From: Utricularia gibba
Lineage: Eukaryota > Plantae > Magnoliophyta
Length of the DNA: 20,194 nt
NCBI GenBank assembly: GCA_002189035.1
Contig: NEEC01000271.1
Location: 1-20,194, forward strand
Reading direction: 5' to 3'
Shown: one piece after another, positions 1 through 11,600 of the stretch
Layout of the letters: each line of letters begins with the position of its first letter
Position numbering within the stretch: the first letter of the stretch is position 1
Translations under genes and position numbers: made by a program
The notes under the pieces: model-generated
The model's input: the letters and a program-made list of their open reading frames with translations, nothing else
What the model was told of the DNA's origin: nothing
The model's database searches: none

Positions 1-3000
1 CACCACGGAATGCCACGTGAGACACTTTTCGTTGTGGCTTGTTTTTAATATGTCCACAGTTATCGGACAAACGTAACTCCAAATTATAATACTTGGAGCT
101 CGAAAAGGGCTTCCAACAGTGTGCTATGAAGAGCAAGGATCTGCATGTTATGCAAGAGGTGCTTCGCGGACCAGGATGTGCGTAGTCTTTCATTGCGCAT
201 CATCATTCGGGGTGCATCCTAAAAATCACACGTGCACGGGATTCATTAAAAATAAATATTTACGCATATCCAGAGTGTATAACAGTGTTGGGATAAGTGA
301 TGCCACGAAATTCATGATGTAGCATGTGACTTTTTTCCAACTTGATCGCATAGTAGATGAATTCTGACACCATATGTTTTGGCTTTTGATTGATGCATTT
401 AGTTGCTATGATACTTCTGATTCTTGATGCACCATTCCCGTATACCATGTCTCTAGTGGCTATTTGATTCTTTTGCCTTGTATGTTGTTCGCATCAATTT
501 CGAGAACATGAAGCACATTATTAAATGCAGTCACCACGGAATGCCACGTGAGACACTTTTCGTTGTGGCTTGTTTTTAATATGTCCACAGTTATCGGACA
601 AACGTAACTCCAAATTATACTTGGAGCTCGAAAAGGGCTTCCCAACACTGTGCTATGAAGAGCAAGGATCTGCATGTTATGCAAGAGGTGCTTCGCGGAC
701 CAGGATGTGCGACGTAGTCATTTCATTGCGCATCATCATTCGGGGTGCATCCTAAAAATCACACGTGCACGGGATTCATTAAAAATAAATATTTACGCAT
801 ATCCAGAGTGTATAACAGTGTTGGGATAAGTGATGCCACGAAATTCATGATGTAGCATGTGACTTTTTTCCAACTTGATCGCATAGTAGATGAATTCTGA
901 CACCATATGTTTTGGCTTTTGATTGATGCATTTAGTTGCTATGATACTTCTGATTCTTGATGCACCATTCCCGTATACCATGTCTCTAGTGGCTATTTGA
1001 TTCTTTTGCCTTGTATGTTGTTCGCATCAATTTCGAGAACATGAAGCACATTATTAAATGCAGTCACCACGGAATGCCACGTGAGACACTTTTCGTTGTG
1101 GCTTGTTTTTAATATGTCCACAGTTATCGGACAAACGTAACTCCAAATTATAATACTTGGAGCTCGAAAAGGGCTTCCCAACAGTGTGCTATGAAGAGCA
1201 AGGATCTGCATGTTATGCAGAGGTGCTTCGCGGACCAGGATGTGCGACGTAGTCATTTCATTGCGCATCATCATTCGGGGTGCATCCTAAAAATCACACG
1301 TGCACGGATTCATTAAAAATAAATATTTACGCATATCCAGAGTGTATAACAGTGTTGGGATAAGTGATGCCACGAAATTCATGATGTAGCATGTGACTTT
1401 TTTCCAACTTGATCGCATAGTAGATGAATTCTGACACCATATGTTTTGGCTTTTGATTGATGCATTTAGTTGCTATGATACTTCTGATTCTTGATGCACC
1501 ATTCCCGTATACCATGTCTCTAGTGGCTATTTGATTCTTTTGCCTTGTATGTTGTTCGCATCAATTTCGAGAACATGAAGCACATTATTAAATGCAGTCA
1601 CCACGGAATGCCACGTGAGACACTTTTCGTTGTGGCTTGTTTTTAATATGTCCACAGTTATCGGACAAACGTAACTCCAAATTATAATACTTGGAGCTCG
1701 AAAAGGGCTTCCCAACAGTGTGCTATGAAGAGCAAGGATCTGCATGTTATGCAAGAGGTGCTTCGCGGACCAGGATGTGCGACGTAGTCATTTCATTGCG
1801 CATCATCATTCGGGGTGCATCCTAAAAATCACACGTGCACGGGATTCATTAAAAATAAATATTTACGCATATCCAGAGTGTATAACAGTGTTGGGATAAG
1901 TGATGCCACGAAATTCATGATGTAGCATGTGACTTTTTTCCAACTTGATCGCATAGTAGATGAATTCTGACACCATATGTTTTGGCTTTTGATTGATGCA
2001 TTTAGTTGCTATGATACTTCTGATTCTTGATGCACCATTCCCGTATACCATGTCTCTAGTGGCTATTTGATTCTTTTGCCTTGTATGTTGTTCGCATCAA
2101 TTTCGAGAACATGAAGCACATTATTAAATGCAGTCACCACGGAATGCCACGTGAGACACTTTTCGTTGTGGCTTGTTTTTAATATGTCCACAGTTATCGG
2201 ACAAACGTAACTCCAAATTATAATACTTGGAGCTCGAAAAGGGCTTCCCAACAGTGTGCTATGAAGAGCAAGGATCTGCATGTTATGCAAGAGGTGCTTC
2301 GCGGACCAGGATGTGCGACGTAGTCATTTCATTGCGCATCATCATTCGGGGTGCATCCTAAAAATCACACGTGCACGGGATTCATTAAAAATAAATATTT
2401 ACGCATATCCAGAGTGTATAACAGTGTTGGGATAAGTGATGCCACGAAATTCATGATGTAGCATGTGACTTTTTTCCAACTTGATCGCATAGTAGATGAA
2501 TTCTGACACCATATGTTTTGGCTTTTGATTGATGCATTTAGTTGCTATGATACTTCTGATTCTTGATGCACCATTCCCGTATACCATGTCTCTAGTGGCT
2601 ATTTGATTCTTTTGCCTTGTATGTTGTTCGCATCAATTTCGAGAACATGAAGCACATTATTAAATGCAGTCACCACGGAATGCCACGTGAGACACTTTTC
2701 GTTGTGGCTTGTTTTTAATATGTCCACAGTTATCGGACAAACGTAACTCCAAATTATAATACTTGGAGCTCGAAAAGGGCTTCCCAACACTGTGCTATGA
2801 AGAGCAAGGATCTGCATGTTATGCAAGAGGTGCTTCGCGGACCAGGATGTGCGACGTAGTCATTTCATTGCGCATCATCATTCGGGGTGCATCCTAAAAA
2901 TCACACGTGCACGGGATTCATTAAAAATAAATATTTACGCATATCCAGAGTGTATAACAGTGTTGGGATAAGTGATGCACGAAATTCATGATGTAGCATG

Positions 3001-4538
3001 TGACTTTTTTCCAACTTGATCGCATAGTAGATGAATTCTGACACCATATGTTTTGGCTTTTGATTGATGCATTTAGTTGCTATGATACTTCTGATTCTTG
3101 ATGCACCATTCCCGTATACCATGTCTCTAGTGGCTATTTGATTCTTTTGCCTTGTATGTTGTTCGCATCAATTTCGAGAACATGAAGCACATTATTAAAT
3201 GCAGTCACCACGGAATGCCACGTGAGACACTTTTCGTTGTGGCTTGTTTTTAATATGTCCACAGTTATCGGACAAACGTAACTCCAAATTATAATACTTG
3301 GAGCTCGAAAAGGGCTTCCCAACACTGTGCTATGAAGAGCAAGGATCTGCATGTTATGCAAGAGGTGCTTCGCGGACCAGGATGTGCGACGTAGTCATTT
3401 CATTGCGCATCATCATTCGGGGTGCATCCTAAAAATCACACGTGCACGGGATTCATTAAAAATAAATATTTACGCATATCCAGAGTGTATAACAGTGTTG
3501 GGATAAGTGATGCCACGAAATTCATGATGTAGCATGTGACTTTTTTCCAACTTGATCGCATAGTAGATGAATTCTGACACCATATGTTTTGGCTTTTGAT
3601 TGATGCATTTAGTTGCTATGATACTTCTGATTCTTGATGCACCATTCCCGTATACCATGTCTCTAGTGGCTATTTGATTCTTTTGCCTTGTATGTTGTTC
3701 GCATCAATTTCGAGAACATGAAGCACATTATTAAATGCAGTCACCACGGAATGCCACGTGAGACACTTTTCGTTGTGGCTTGTTTTTAATATGTCCACAG
3801 TTATCGGACAAACGTAACTCCAAATTATAATACTTGGAGCTCGAAAAGGGCTTCCCAACAGTGTGCTATGAAGAGCAAGGATCTGCATGTTATGCAAGAG
3901 GTGCTTCGCGGACCAGGATGTGCGACGTAGTCATTTCATTGCGCATCATCATTCGGGGTGCATCCTAAAAATCACACGTGCACGGATTCATTAAAAATAA
4001 ATATTTACGCATATCCAGAGTGTATAACAGTGTTGGGATAAGTGATGCACGAAATTCATGATGTAGCATGTGACTTTTTTCCAACTTGATCGCATAGTAG
4101 ATGAATTCTGACACCATATGTTTGGCTTTTGATTGATGCATTTAGTTGCTATGATACTTCTGATTCTTGATGCACCATTCCCGTATACCATGTCTCTAGT
4201 GGCTATTTGATTCTTTTGCCTTGTATGTTGTTCGCATCAATTTCGAGAACATGAAGCACATTATTAAATGCAGTCACCACGGAATGCCACGTGAGACACT
4301 TTTCGTTGTGGCTTGTTTTTAATATGTCCACAGTTATCGGACAAACGTAACTCCAAATTATAATACTTGGAGCTCGAAAAGGGCTTCCCAACAGTGTGCT
4401 ATGAAGAGCAAGGATCTGCATGTTATGCAAGAGGTGCTTCGCGGACCAGGATGTGCGACGTAGTCATTTCATTGCGCATCATCATTCGGGGTGCATCCTA
4501 AAAATCACACGTGCACGGGATTCATTAAAAATAAATAT

Positions 4539-4727
4539 TTACGCATATCCAGAGTGTATAACAGTGTTGGGATAAGTGATGCCACGAAATTCATGATGTA
4601 GCATGTGACTTTTTTCCAACTTGATCGCATAGTAGATGAATTCTGACACCATATGTTTTGGCTTTTGATTGATGCATTTAGTTGCTATGATACTTCTGAT
4701 TCTTGATGCACCATTCCCGTATACCAT
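4539..4727 (-). other. Repeat-borne ORF B (62 aa, MVYGNGASR...HSGYA), probably non-coding; one per monomer
   Basis: Starts 11 nt after the ORF A stop. No recognisable domain. Frameshifted in copies 6, 8, 18, 20 and 26. Confidence refers to it being a real gene. Confidence 0.07.
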
Positions 4728-4738
4728 GTCTCTAGTGG

Positions 4739-4966
4739 CTATTTGATTCTTTTGCCTTGTATGTTGTTCGCATCAATTTCGAGAACATGAAGCACATTAT
4801 TAAATGCAGTCACCACGGAATGCCACGTGAGACACTTTTCGTTGTGGCTTGTTTTTAATATGTCCACAGTTATCGGACAAACGTAACTCCAAATTATAAT
4901 ACTTGGAGCTCGAAAAGGGCTTCCCAACAGTGTGCTATGAAGAGCAAGGATCTGCATGTTATGCAA
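4739..4966 (-). other. Repeat-borne ORF A (75 aa, MHNMQILAL...GKRIK), probably non-coding; one per monomer
   Basis: Open in most copies only because the copies are near-identical. No recognisable domain or motif. Broken by a 1-bp deletion in copies 1 and 17. Confidence refers to it being a real gene. Confidence 0.07.
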
Positions 4967-5346
4967 GAGGTGCTTCGCGGACCAGGATGTGCGACGTAGT
5001 CATTTCATTGCGCATCATCATTCGGGGTGCATCCTAAAAATCACACGTGCACGGGATTCATTAAAAATAAATATTTACGCATATCCAGAGTGTATAACAG
5101 TGTTGGGATAAGTGATGCCACGAAATTCATGATGTAGCATGTGACTTTTTTCCAACTTGATCGCATAGTAGATGAATTCTGACACCATATGTTTTGGCTT
5201 TTGATTGATGCATTTAGTTGCTATGATACTTCTGATTCTTGATGCACCATTCCCGTATACCATGTCTCTAGTGGCTATTTGATTCTTTTGCCTTGTATGT
5301 TGTTCGCATCAATTTCGAGAACATGAAGCACATTATTAAATGCAGT
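4811..5346. repeat. Representative consensus-length monomer (copy 10; 536 bp; G allele at monomer position 120)
   Basis: Hand count 217/536 G+C (40.5%). One EcoRI site (5174-5179) and one SacI site (4906-4911) per monomer. 536 is not divisible by 3, and the frames I translated contain stop codons. The monomer phase is arbitrary because no array boundary is visible. Confidence 0.97.
4887..4908. other. Short stem-loop CTCCAA-[ATTATAATAC]-TTGGAG, one per monomer
   Basis: Perfect 6-bp arms (4887-4892, 4903-4908) around a 10-nt AT-rich loop that contains the 8-bp palindrome ATTATAAT. Function unknown. Confidence 0.6.
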
Positions 5347-5457
5347 CACCACGGAATGCCACGTGAGACACTTTTCGTTGTGGCTTGTTTTTAATATGTC
5401 CACAGTTATCGGACAAACGTAACTCCAAATTATAATACTTGGAGCTCGAAAAGGGCT

Positions 5458-5644
5458 TCCCAACACTGTGCTATGAAGAGCAAGGATCTGCATGTTATGC
5501 AAGAGGTGCTTCGCGGACCAGGATGTGCGACGTAGTCATTTCATTGCGCATCATCATTCGGGGTGCATCCTAAAAATCACACGTGCACGGGATTCATTAA
5601 AAATAAATATTTACGCATATCCAGAGTGTATAACAGTGTTGGGA
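5458..5644. repeat. Intra-monomer 12-bp inverted repeat TCCCAACACTGT / ACAGTGTTGGGA (perfect in C-allele copies, 11/12 in G-allele copies)
   Basis: Copy 11: left arm 5458-5469 and right arm 5633-5644 are exact reverse complements. The pair is at monomer positions 112-123 and 287-298 in every copy. Confidence 0.9.
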
Positions 5645-8600
5645 TAAGTGATGCCACGAAATTCATGATGTAGCATGTGACTTTTTTCCAACTTGATCGC
5701 ATAGTAGATGAATTCTGACACCATATGTTTTGGCTTTTGATTGATGCATTTAGTTGCTATGATACTTCTGATTCTTGATGCACCATTCCCGTATACCATG
5801 TCTCTAGTGGCTATTTGATTCTTTTGCCTTGTATGTTGTTCGCATCAATTTCGAGAACATGAAGCACATTATTAAATGCAGTCACCACGGAATGCCACGT
5901 GAGACACTTTTCGTTGTGGCTTGTTTTTAATATGTCCACAGTTATCGGACAAACGTAACTCCAAATTATAATACTTGGAGCTCGAAAAGGGCTTCCCAAC
6001 AGTGTGCTATGAAGAGCAAGGATCTGCATGTTATGCAAGAGGTGCTTCGCGGACCAGGATGTGCGACGTAGTCATTTCATTGCGCATCATCATTCGGGGT
6101 GCATCCTAAAAATCACACGTGCACGGGATTCATTAAAAATAAATATTTACGCATATCCAGAGTGTATAACAGTGTTGGGATAAGTGATGCCACGAAATTC
6201 ATGATGTAGCATGTGACTTTTTTCCAACTTGATCGCATAGTAGATGAATTCTGACACCATATGTTTTGGCTTTTGATTGATGCATTTAGTTGCTATGATA
6301 CTTCTGATTCTTGATGCACCATTCCCGTATACCATGTCTCTAGTGGCTATTTGATTCTTTTGCCTTGTATGTTGTTCGCATCAATTTCGAGAACATGAAG
6401 CACATTATTAAATGCAGTCACCACGGAATGCCACGTGAGACACTTTTCGTTGTGGCTTGTTTTTAATATGTCCACAGTTATCGGACAAACGTAACTCCAA
6501 ATTATAATACTTGGAGCTCGAAAAGGGCTTCCCAACACTGTGCTATGAAGAGCAAGGATCTGCATGTTATGCAAGAGGTGCTTCGCGGACCAGGATGTGC
6601 GACGTAGTCATTTCATTGCGCATCATCATTCGGGGTGCATCCTAAAAATCACACGTGCACGGGATTCATTAAAAATAAATATTTACGCATATCCAGAGTG
6701 TATAACAGTGTTGGGATAAGTGATGCCACGAAATTCATGATGTAGCATGTGACTTTTTTCCAACTTGATCGCATAGTAGATGAATTCTGACACCATATGT
6801 TTTGGCTTTTGATTGATGCATTTAGTTGCTATGATACTTCTGATTCTTGATGCACCATTCCCGTATACCATGTCTCTAGTGGCTATTTGATTCTTTTGCC
6901 TTGTATGTTGTTCGCATCAATTTCGAGAACATGAAGCACATTATTAAATGCAGTCACCACGGAATGCCACGTGAGACACTTTTCGTTGTGGCTTGTTTTT
7001 AATATGTCCACAGTTATCGGACAAACGTAACTCCAAATTATAATACTTGGAGCTCGAAAAGGGCTTCCCAACAGTGTGCTATGAAGAGCAAGGATCTGCA
7101 TGTTATGCAAGAGGTGCTTCGCGGACCAGGATGTGCGACGTAGTCATTTCATTGCGCATCATCATTCGGGGTGCATCCTAAAAATCACACGTGCACGGGA
7201 TTCATTAAAAATAAATATTTACGCATATCCAGAGTGTATAACAGTGTTGGGATAAGTGATGCCACGAAATTCATGATGTAGCATGTGACTTTTTTCCAAC
7301 TTGATCGCATAGTAGATGAATTCTGACACCATATGTTTTGGCTTTTGATTGATGCATTTAGTTGCTATGATACTTCTGATTCTTGATGCACCATTCCCGT
7401 ATACCATGTCTCTAGTGGCTATTTGATTCTTTTGCCTTGTATGTTGTTCGCATCAATTTCGAGAACATGAAGCACATTATTAAATGCAGTCACCACGGAA
7501 TGCCACGTGAGACACTTTTCGTTGTGGCTTGTTTTTAATATGTCCACAGTTATCGGACAAACGTAACTCCAAATTATAATACTTGGAGCTCGAAAAGGGC
7601 TTCCCAACAGTGTGCTATGAAGAGCAAGGATCTGCATGTTATGCAAGAGGTGCTTCGCGGACCAGGATGTGCGACGTAGTCATTTCATTGCGCATCATCA
7701 TTCGGGGTGCATCCTAAAAATCACACGTGCACGGGATTCATTAAAAATAAATATTTACGCATATCCAGAGTGTATAACAGTGTTGGGATAAGTGATGCCA
7801 CGAAATTCATGATGTAGCATGTGACTTTTTTCCAACTTGATCGCATAGTAGATGAATTCTGACACCATATGTTTTGGCTTTTGATTGATGCATTTAGTTG
7901 CTATGATACTTCTGATTCTTGATGCACCATTCCCGTATACCATGTCTCTAGTGGCTATTTGATTCTTTTGCCTTGTATGTTGTTCGCATCAATTTCGAGA
8001 ACATGAAGCACATTATTAAATGCAATCACCACGGAATGCCACGTGAGACACTTTTCGTTGTGGCTTGTTTTTAATATGTCCACAGTTATCGGACAAACGT
8101 AACTCCAAATTATAATACTTGGAGCTCGAAAAGGGCTTCCCAACACTGTGCTATGAAGAGCAAGGATCTGCATGTTATGCAAGAGGTGCTTCGCGGACCA
8201 GGATGTGCGACGTAGTCATTTCATTGCGCATCATCATTCGGGGTGCATCCTAAAAATCACACGTGCACGGGATTCATTAAAAATAAATATTTACGCATAT
8301 CCAGAGTGTATAACAGTGTTGGGATAAGTGATGCCACGAAATTCATGATGTAGCATGTGACTTTTTTCCAACTTGATCGCATAGTAGATGAATTCTGACA
8401 CCATATGTTTTGGCTTTTGATTGATGCATTTAGTTGCTATGATACTTCTGATTCTTGATGCACCATTCCCGTATACCATGTCTCTAGTGGCTATTTGATT
8501 CTTTTGCCTTGTATGTTGTTCGCATCAATTTCGAGAACATGAAGCACATTATTAAATGCAGTCACCACGGAATGCCACGTGAGACACTTTTCGTTGTGGC

Positions 8601-11600
8601 TTGTTTTTAATATGTCCACAGTTATCGGACAAACGTAACTCCAAATTATAATACTTGGAGCTCGAAAAGGGCTTCCAACAGTGTGCTATGAAGAGCAAGG
8701 ATCTGCATGTTATGCAAGAGGTGCTTCGCGGACCAGGATGTGCGACGTAGTCATTTCATTGCGCATCATCATTCGGGGTGCATCCTAAAAATCACACGTG
8801 CACGGGATTCATTAAAAATAAATATTTACGCATATCCAGAGTGTATAACAGTGTTGGGATAAGTGATGCCACGAAATTCATGATGTAGCATGTGACTTTT
8901 TTCCAACTTGATCGCATAGTAGATGAATTCTGACACCATATGTTTTGGCTTTTGATTGATGCATTTAGTTGCTATGATACTTCTGATTCTTGATGCACCA
9001 TTCCCGTATACCATGTCTCTAGTGGCTATTTGATTCTTTTGCCTTGTATGTTGTTCGCATCAATTTCGAGAACATGAAGCACATTATTAAATGCAGTCAC
9101 CACGGAATGCCACGTGAGACACTTTTCGTTGTGGCTTGTTTTTAATATGTCCACAGTTATCGGACAAACGTAACTCCAAATTATAATACTTGGAGCTCGA
9201 AAAGGGCTTCCCAACACTGTGCTATGAAGAGCAAGGATCTGCATGTTATGCAAGAGGTGCTTCGCGGACCAGGATGTGCGACGTAGTCATTTCATTGCGC
9301 ATCATCATTCGGGGTGCATCCTAAAAATCACACGTGCACGGATTCATTAAAAATAAATATTTACGCATATCCAGAGTGTATAACAGTGTTGGGATAAGTG
9401 ATGCACGAAATTCATGATGTAGCATGTGACTTTTTTCCAACTTGATCGCATAGTAGATGAATTCTGACACCATATGTTTTGGCTTTTGATTGATGCATTT
9501 AGTTGCTATGATACTTCTGATTCTTGATGCACCATTCCCGTATACCATGTCTCTAGTGGCTATTTGATTCTTTTGCCTTGTATGTTGTTCGCATCAATTT
9601 CGAGAACATGAAGCACATTATTAAATGCAGTCACCACGGAATGCCACGTGAGACACTTTTCGTTGTGGCTTGTTTTTAATATGTCCACAGTTATCGGACA
9701 AACGTAACTCCAAATTATAATACTTGGAGCTCGAAAAGGGCTTCCCAACAGTGTGCTATGAAGAGCAAGGATCTGCATGTTATGCAAGAGGTGCTTCGCG
9801 GACCAGGATGTGCGACGTAGTCATTTCATTGCGCATCATCATTCGGGGTGCATCCTAAAAATCACACGTGCACGGGATTCATTAAAAATAAATATTTACG
9901 CATATCCAGAGTGTATAACAGTGTTGGGATAAGTGATGCCACGAAATTCATGATGTAGCATGTGACTTTTTTCCAACTTGATCGCATAGTAGATGAATTC
10001 TGACACCATATGTTTTGGCTTTTGATTGATGCATTTAGTTGCTATGATACTTCTGATTCTTGATGCACCATTCCCGTATACCATGTCTCTAGTGGCTATT
10101 TGATTCTTTTGCCTTGTATGTTGTTCGCATCAATTTCGAGAACATGAAGCACATTATTAAATGCAGTCACCACGGAATGCCACGTGAGACACTTTTCGTT
10201 GTGGCTTGTTTTTAATATGTCCACAGTTATCGGACAAACGTAACTCCAAATTATAATACTTGGAGCTCGAAAAGGGCTTCCCAACAGTGTGCTATGAAGA
10301 GCAAGGATCTGCATGTTATGCAAGAGGTGCTTCGCGGACCAGGATGTGCGACGTAGTCATTTCATTGCGCATCATCATTCGGGGTGCATCCTAAAAATCA
10401 CACGTGCACGGGATTCATTAAAAATAAATATTTACGCATATCCAGAGTGTATAAACAGTGTTGGGATAAGTGATGCCACGAAATTCATGATGTAGCATGT
10501 GACTTTTTTCCAACTTGATCGCATAGTAGATGAATTCTGACACCATATGTTTTGGCTTTTGATTGATGCATTTAGTTGCTATGATACTTCTGATTCTTGA
10601 TGCACCATTCCCGTATACCATGTCTCTAGTGGCTATTTGATTCTTTTGCCTTGTATGTTGTTCGCATCAATTTCGAGAACATGAAGCACATTATTAAATG
10701 CAGTCACCACGGAATGCCACGTGAGACACTTTTCGTTGTGGCTTGTTTTTAATATGTCCACAGTTATCGGACAAACGTAACTCCAAATTATAATACTTGG
10801 AGCTCGAAAAGGGCTTCCCAACAGTGTGCTATGAAGAGCAAGGATCTGCATGTTATGCAAGAGGTGCTTCGCGGACCAGGATGTGCGACGTAGTCATTTC
10901 ATTGCGCATCATCATTCGGGGTGCATCCTAAAAATCACACGTGCACGGGATTCATTAAAAATAAATATTTACGCATATCCAGAGTGTATAACAGTGTTGG
11001 GATAAGTGATGCCACGAAATTCATGATGTAGCATGTGACTTTTTTCCAACTTGATCGCATAGTAGATGAATTCTGACACCATATGTTTTGGCTTTTGATT
11101 GATGCATTTAGTTGCTATGATACTTCTGATTCTTGATGCACCATTCCCGTATACCATGTCTCTAGTGGCTATTTGATTCTTTTGCCTTGTATGTTGTTCG
11201 CATCAATTTCGAGAACATGAAGCACATTATTAAATGCAGTCACCACGGAATGCCACGTGAGACACTTTTCGTTGTGGCTTGTTTTTAATATGTCCACAGT
11301 TATCGGACAAACGTAACTCCAAATTATAATACTTGGAGCTCGAAAAGGGCTTCCCAACAGTGTGCTATGAAGAGCAAGGATCTGCATGTTATGCAAGAGG
11401 TGCTTCGCGGACCAGGATGTGCGACGTAGTCATTTCATTGCGCATCATCATTCGGGGTGCATCCTAAAAATCACACGTGCACGGGATTCATTAAAAATAA
11501 ATATTTACGCATATCCAGAGTGTATAACAGTGTTGGGATAAGTGATGCCACGAAATTCATGATGTAGCATGTGACTTTTTTCCAACTTGATCGCATAGTA

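Noticed and set aside
4828-4850. Hairpin-ribozyme-like GAGACAC...CGTTGTGG
   Set aside because: It resembles only the variable helix 4; the loop B strands AGAAACA and GUAUAUUAC are missing.
4884-4919. Twister-like pieces TAACTCC...GGAG...AAGGG
   Set aside because: The conserved P4/L4 segment (GCC...GGUNNCAAGC) is absent between the arms, so the fold cannot form as recalled. An Infernal search would be decisive.
4922-5108. 12-bp inverted repeat as MITE terminal inverted repeats
   Set aside because: No target-site duplication flanks the arms (GCT versus TAA), and the termini match no superfamily signature I recognise.
5268-5272. CTAGT as a Helitron 3' end
   Set aside because: No GC-rich subterminal hairpin just upstream; a lone tetramer is expected by chance.
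4811-5346. Hammerhead ribozyme satellite (retrozyme, newt satellite 2, cricket pDo500 type)
   Set aside because: No CUGANGA core on either strand: the plus strand has only CTGATTC and CTGACAC, and the minus strand has no CTGA.
4811-5346. 5S rRNA, spliced-leader, snRNA or tRNA tandem gene unit; kinetoplast minicircle
   Set aside because: No match by eye to the conserved sequences I recall (5S ends, SL exons, U1/U2/U6 motifs, tRNA T-loop, CSB-3 GGGGTTGGTGTA). Sm-like AATTTGGAG and GATTTTTAGG on the minus strand are too short to count.
4811-5346. Trimer of a ~178-bp centromeric-type unit (3 x 178.7 bp)
   Set aside because: Apart from one 8-bp repeat 170 bp apart, I see no internal similarity at that period.
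4811-5346. Excess of 6-bp palindromic restriction sites
   Set aside because: About 12 observed against 8-9 expected by chance; not a meaningful excess.
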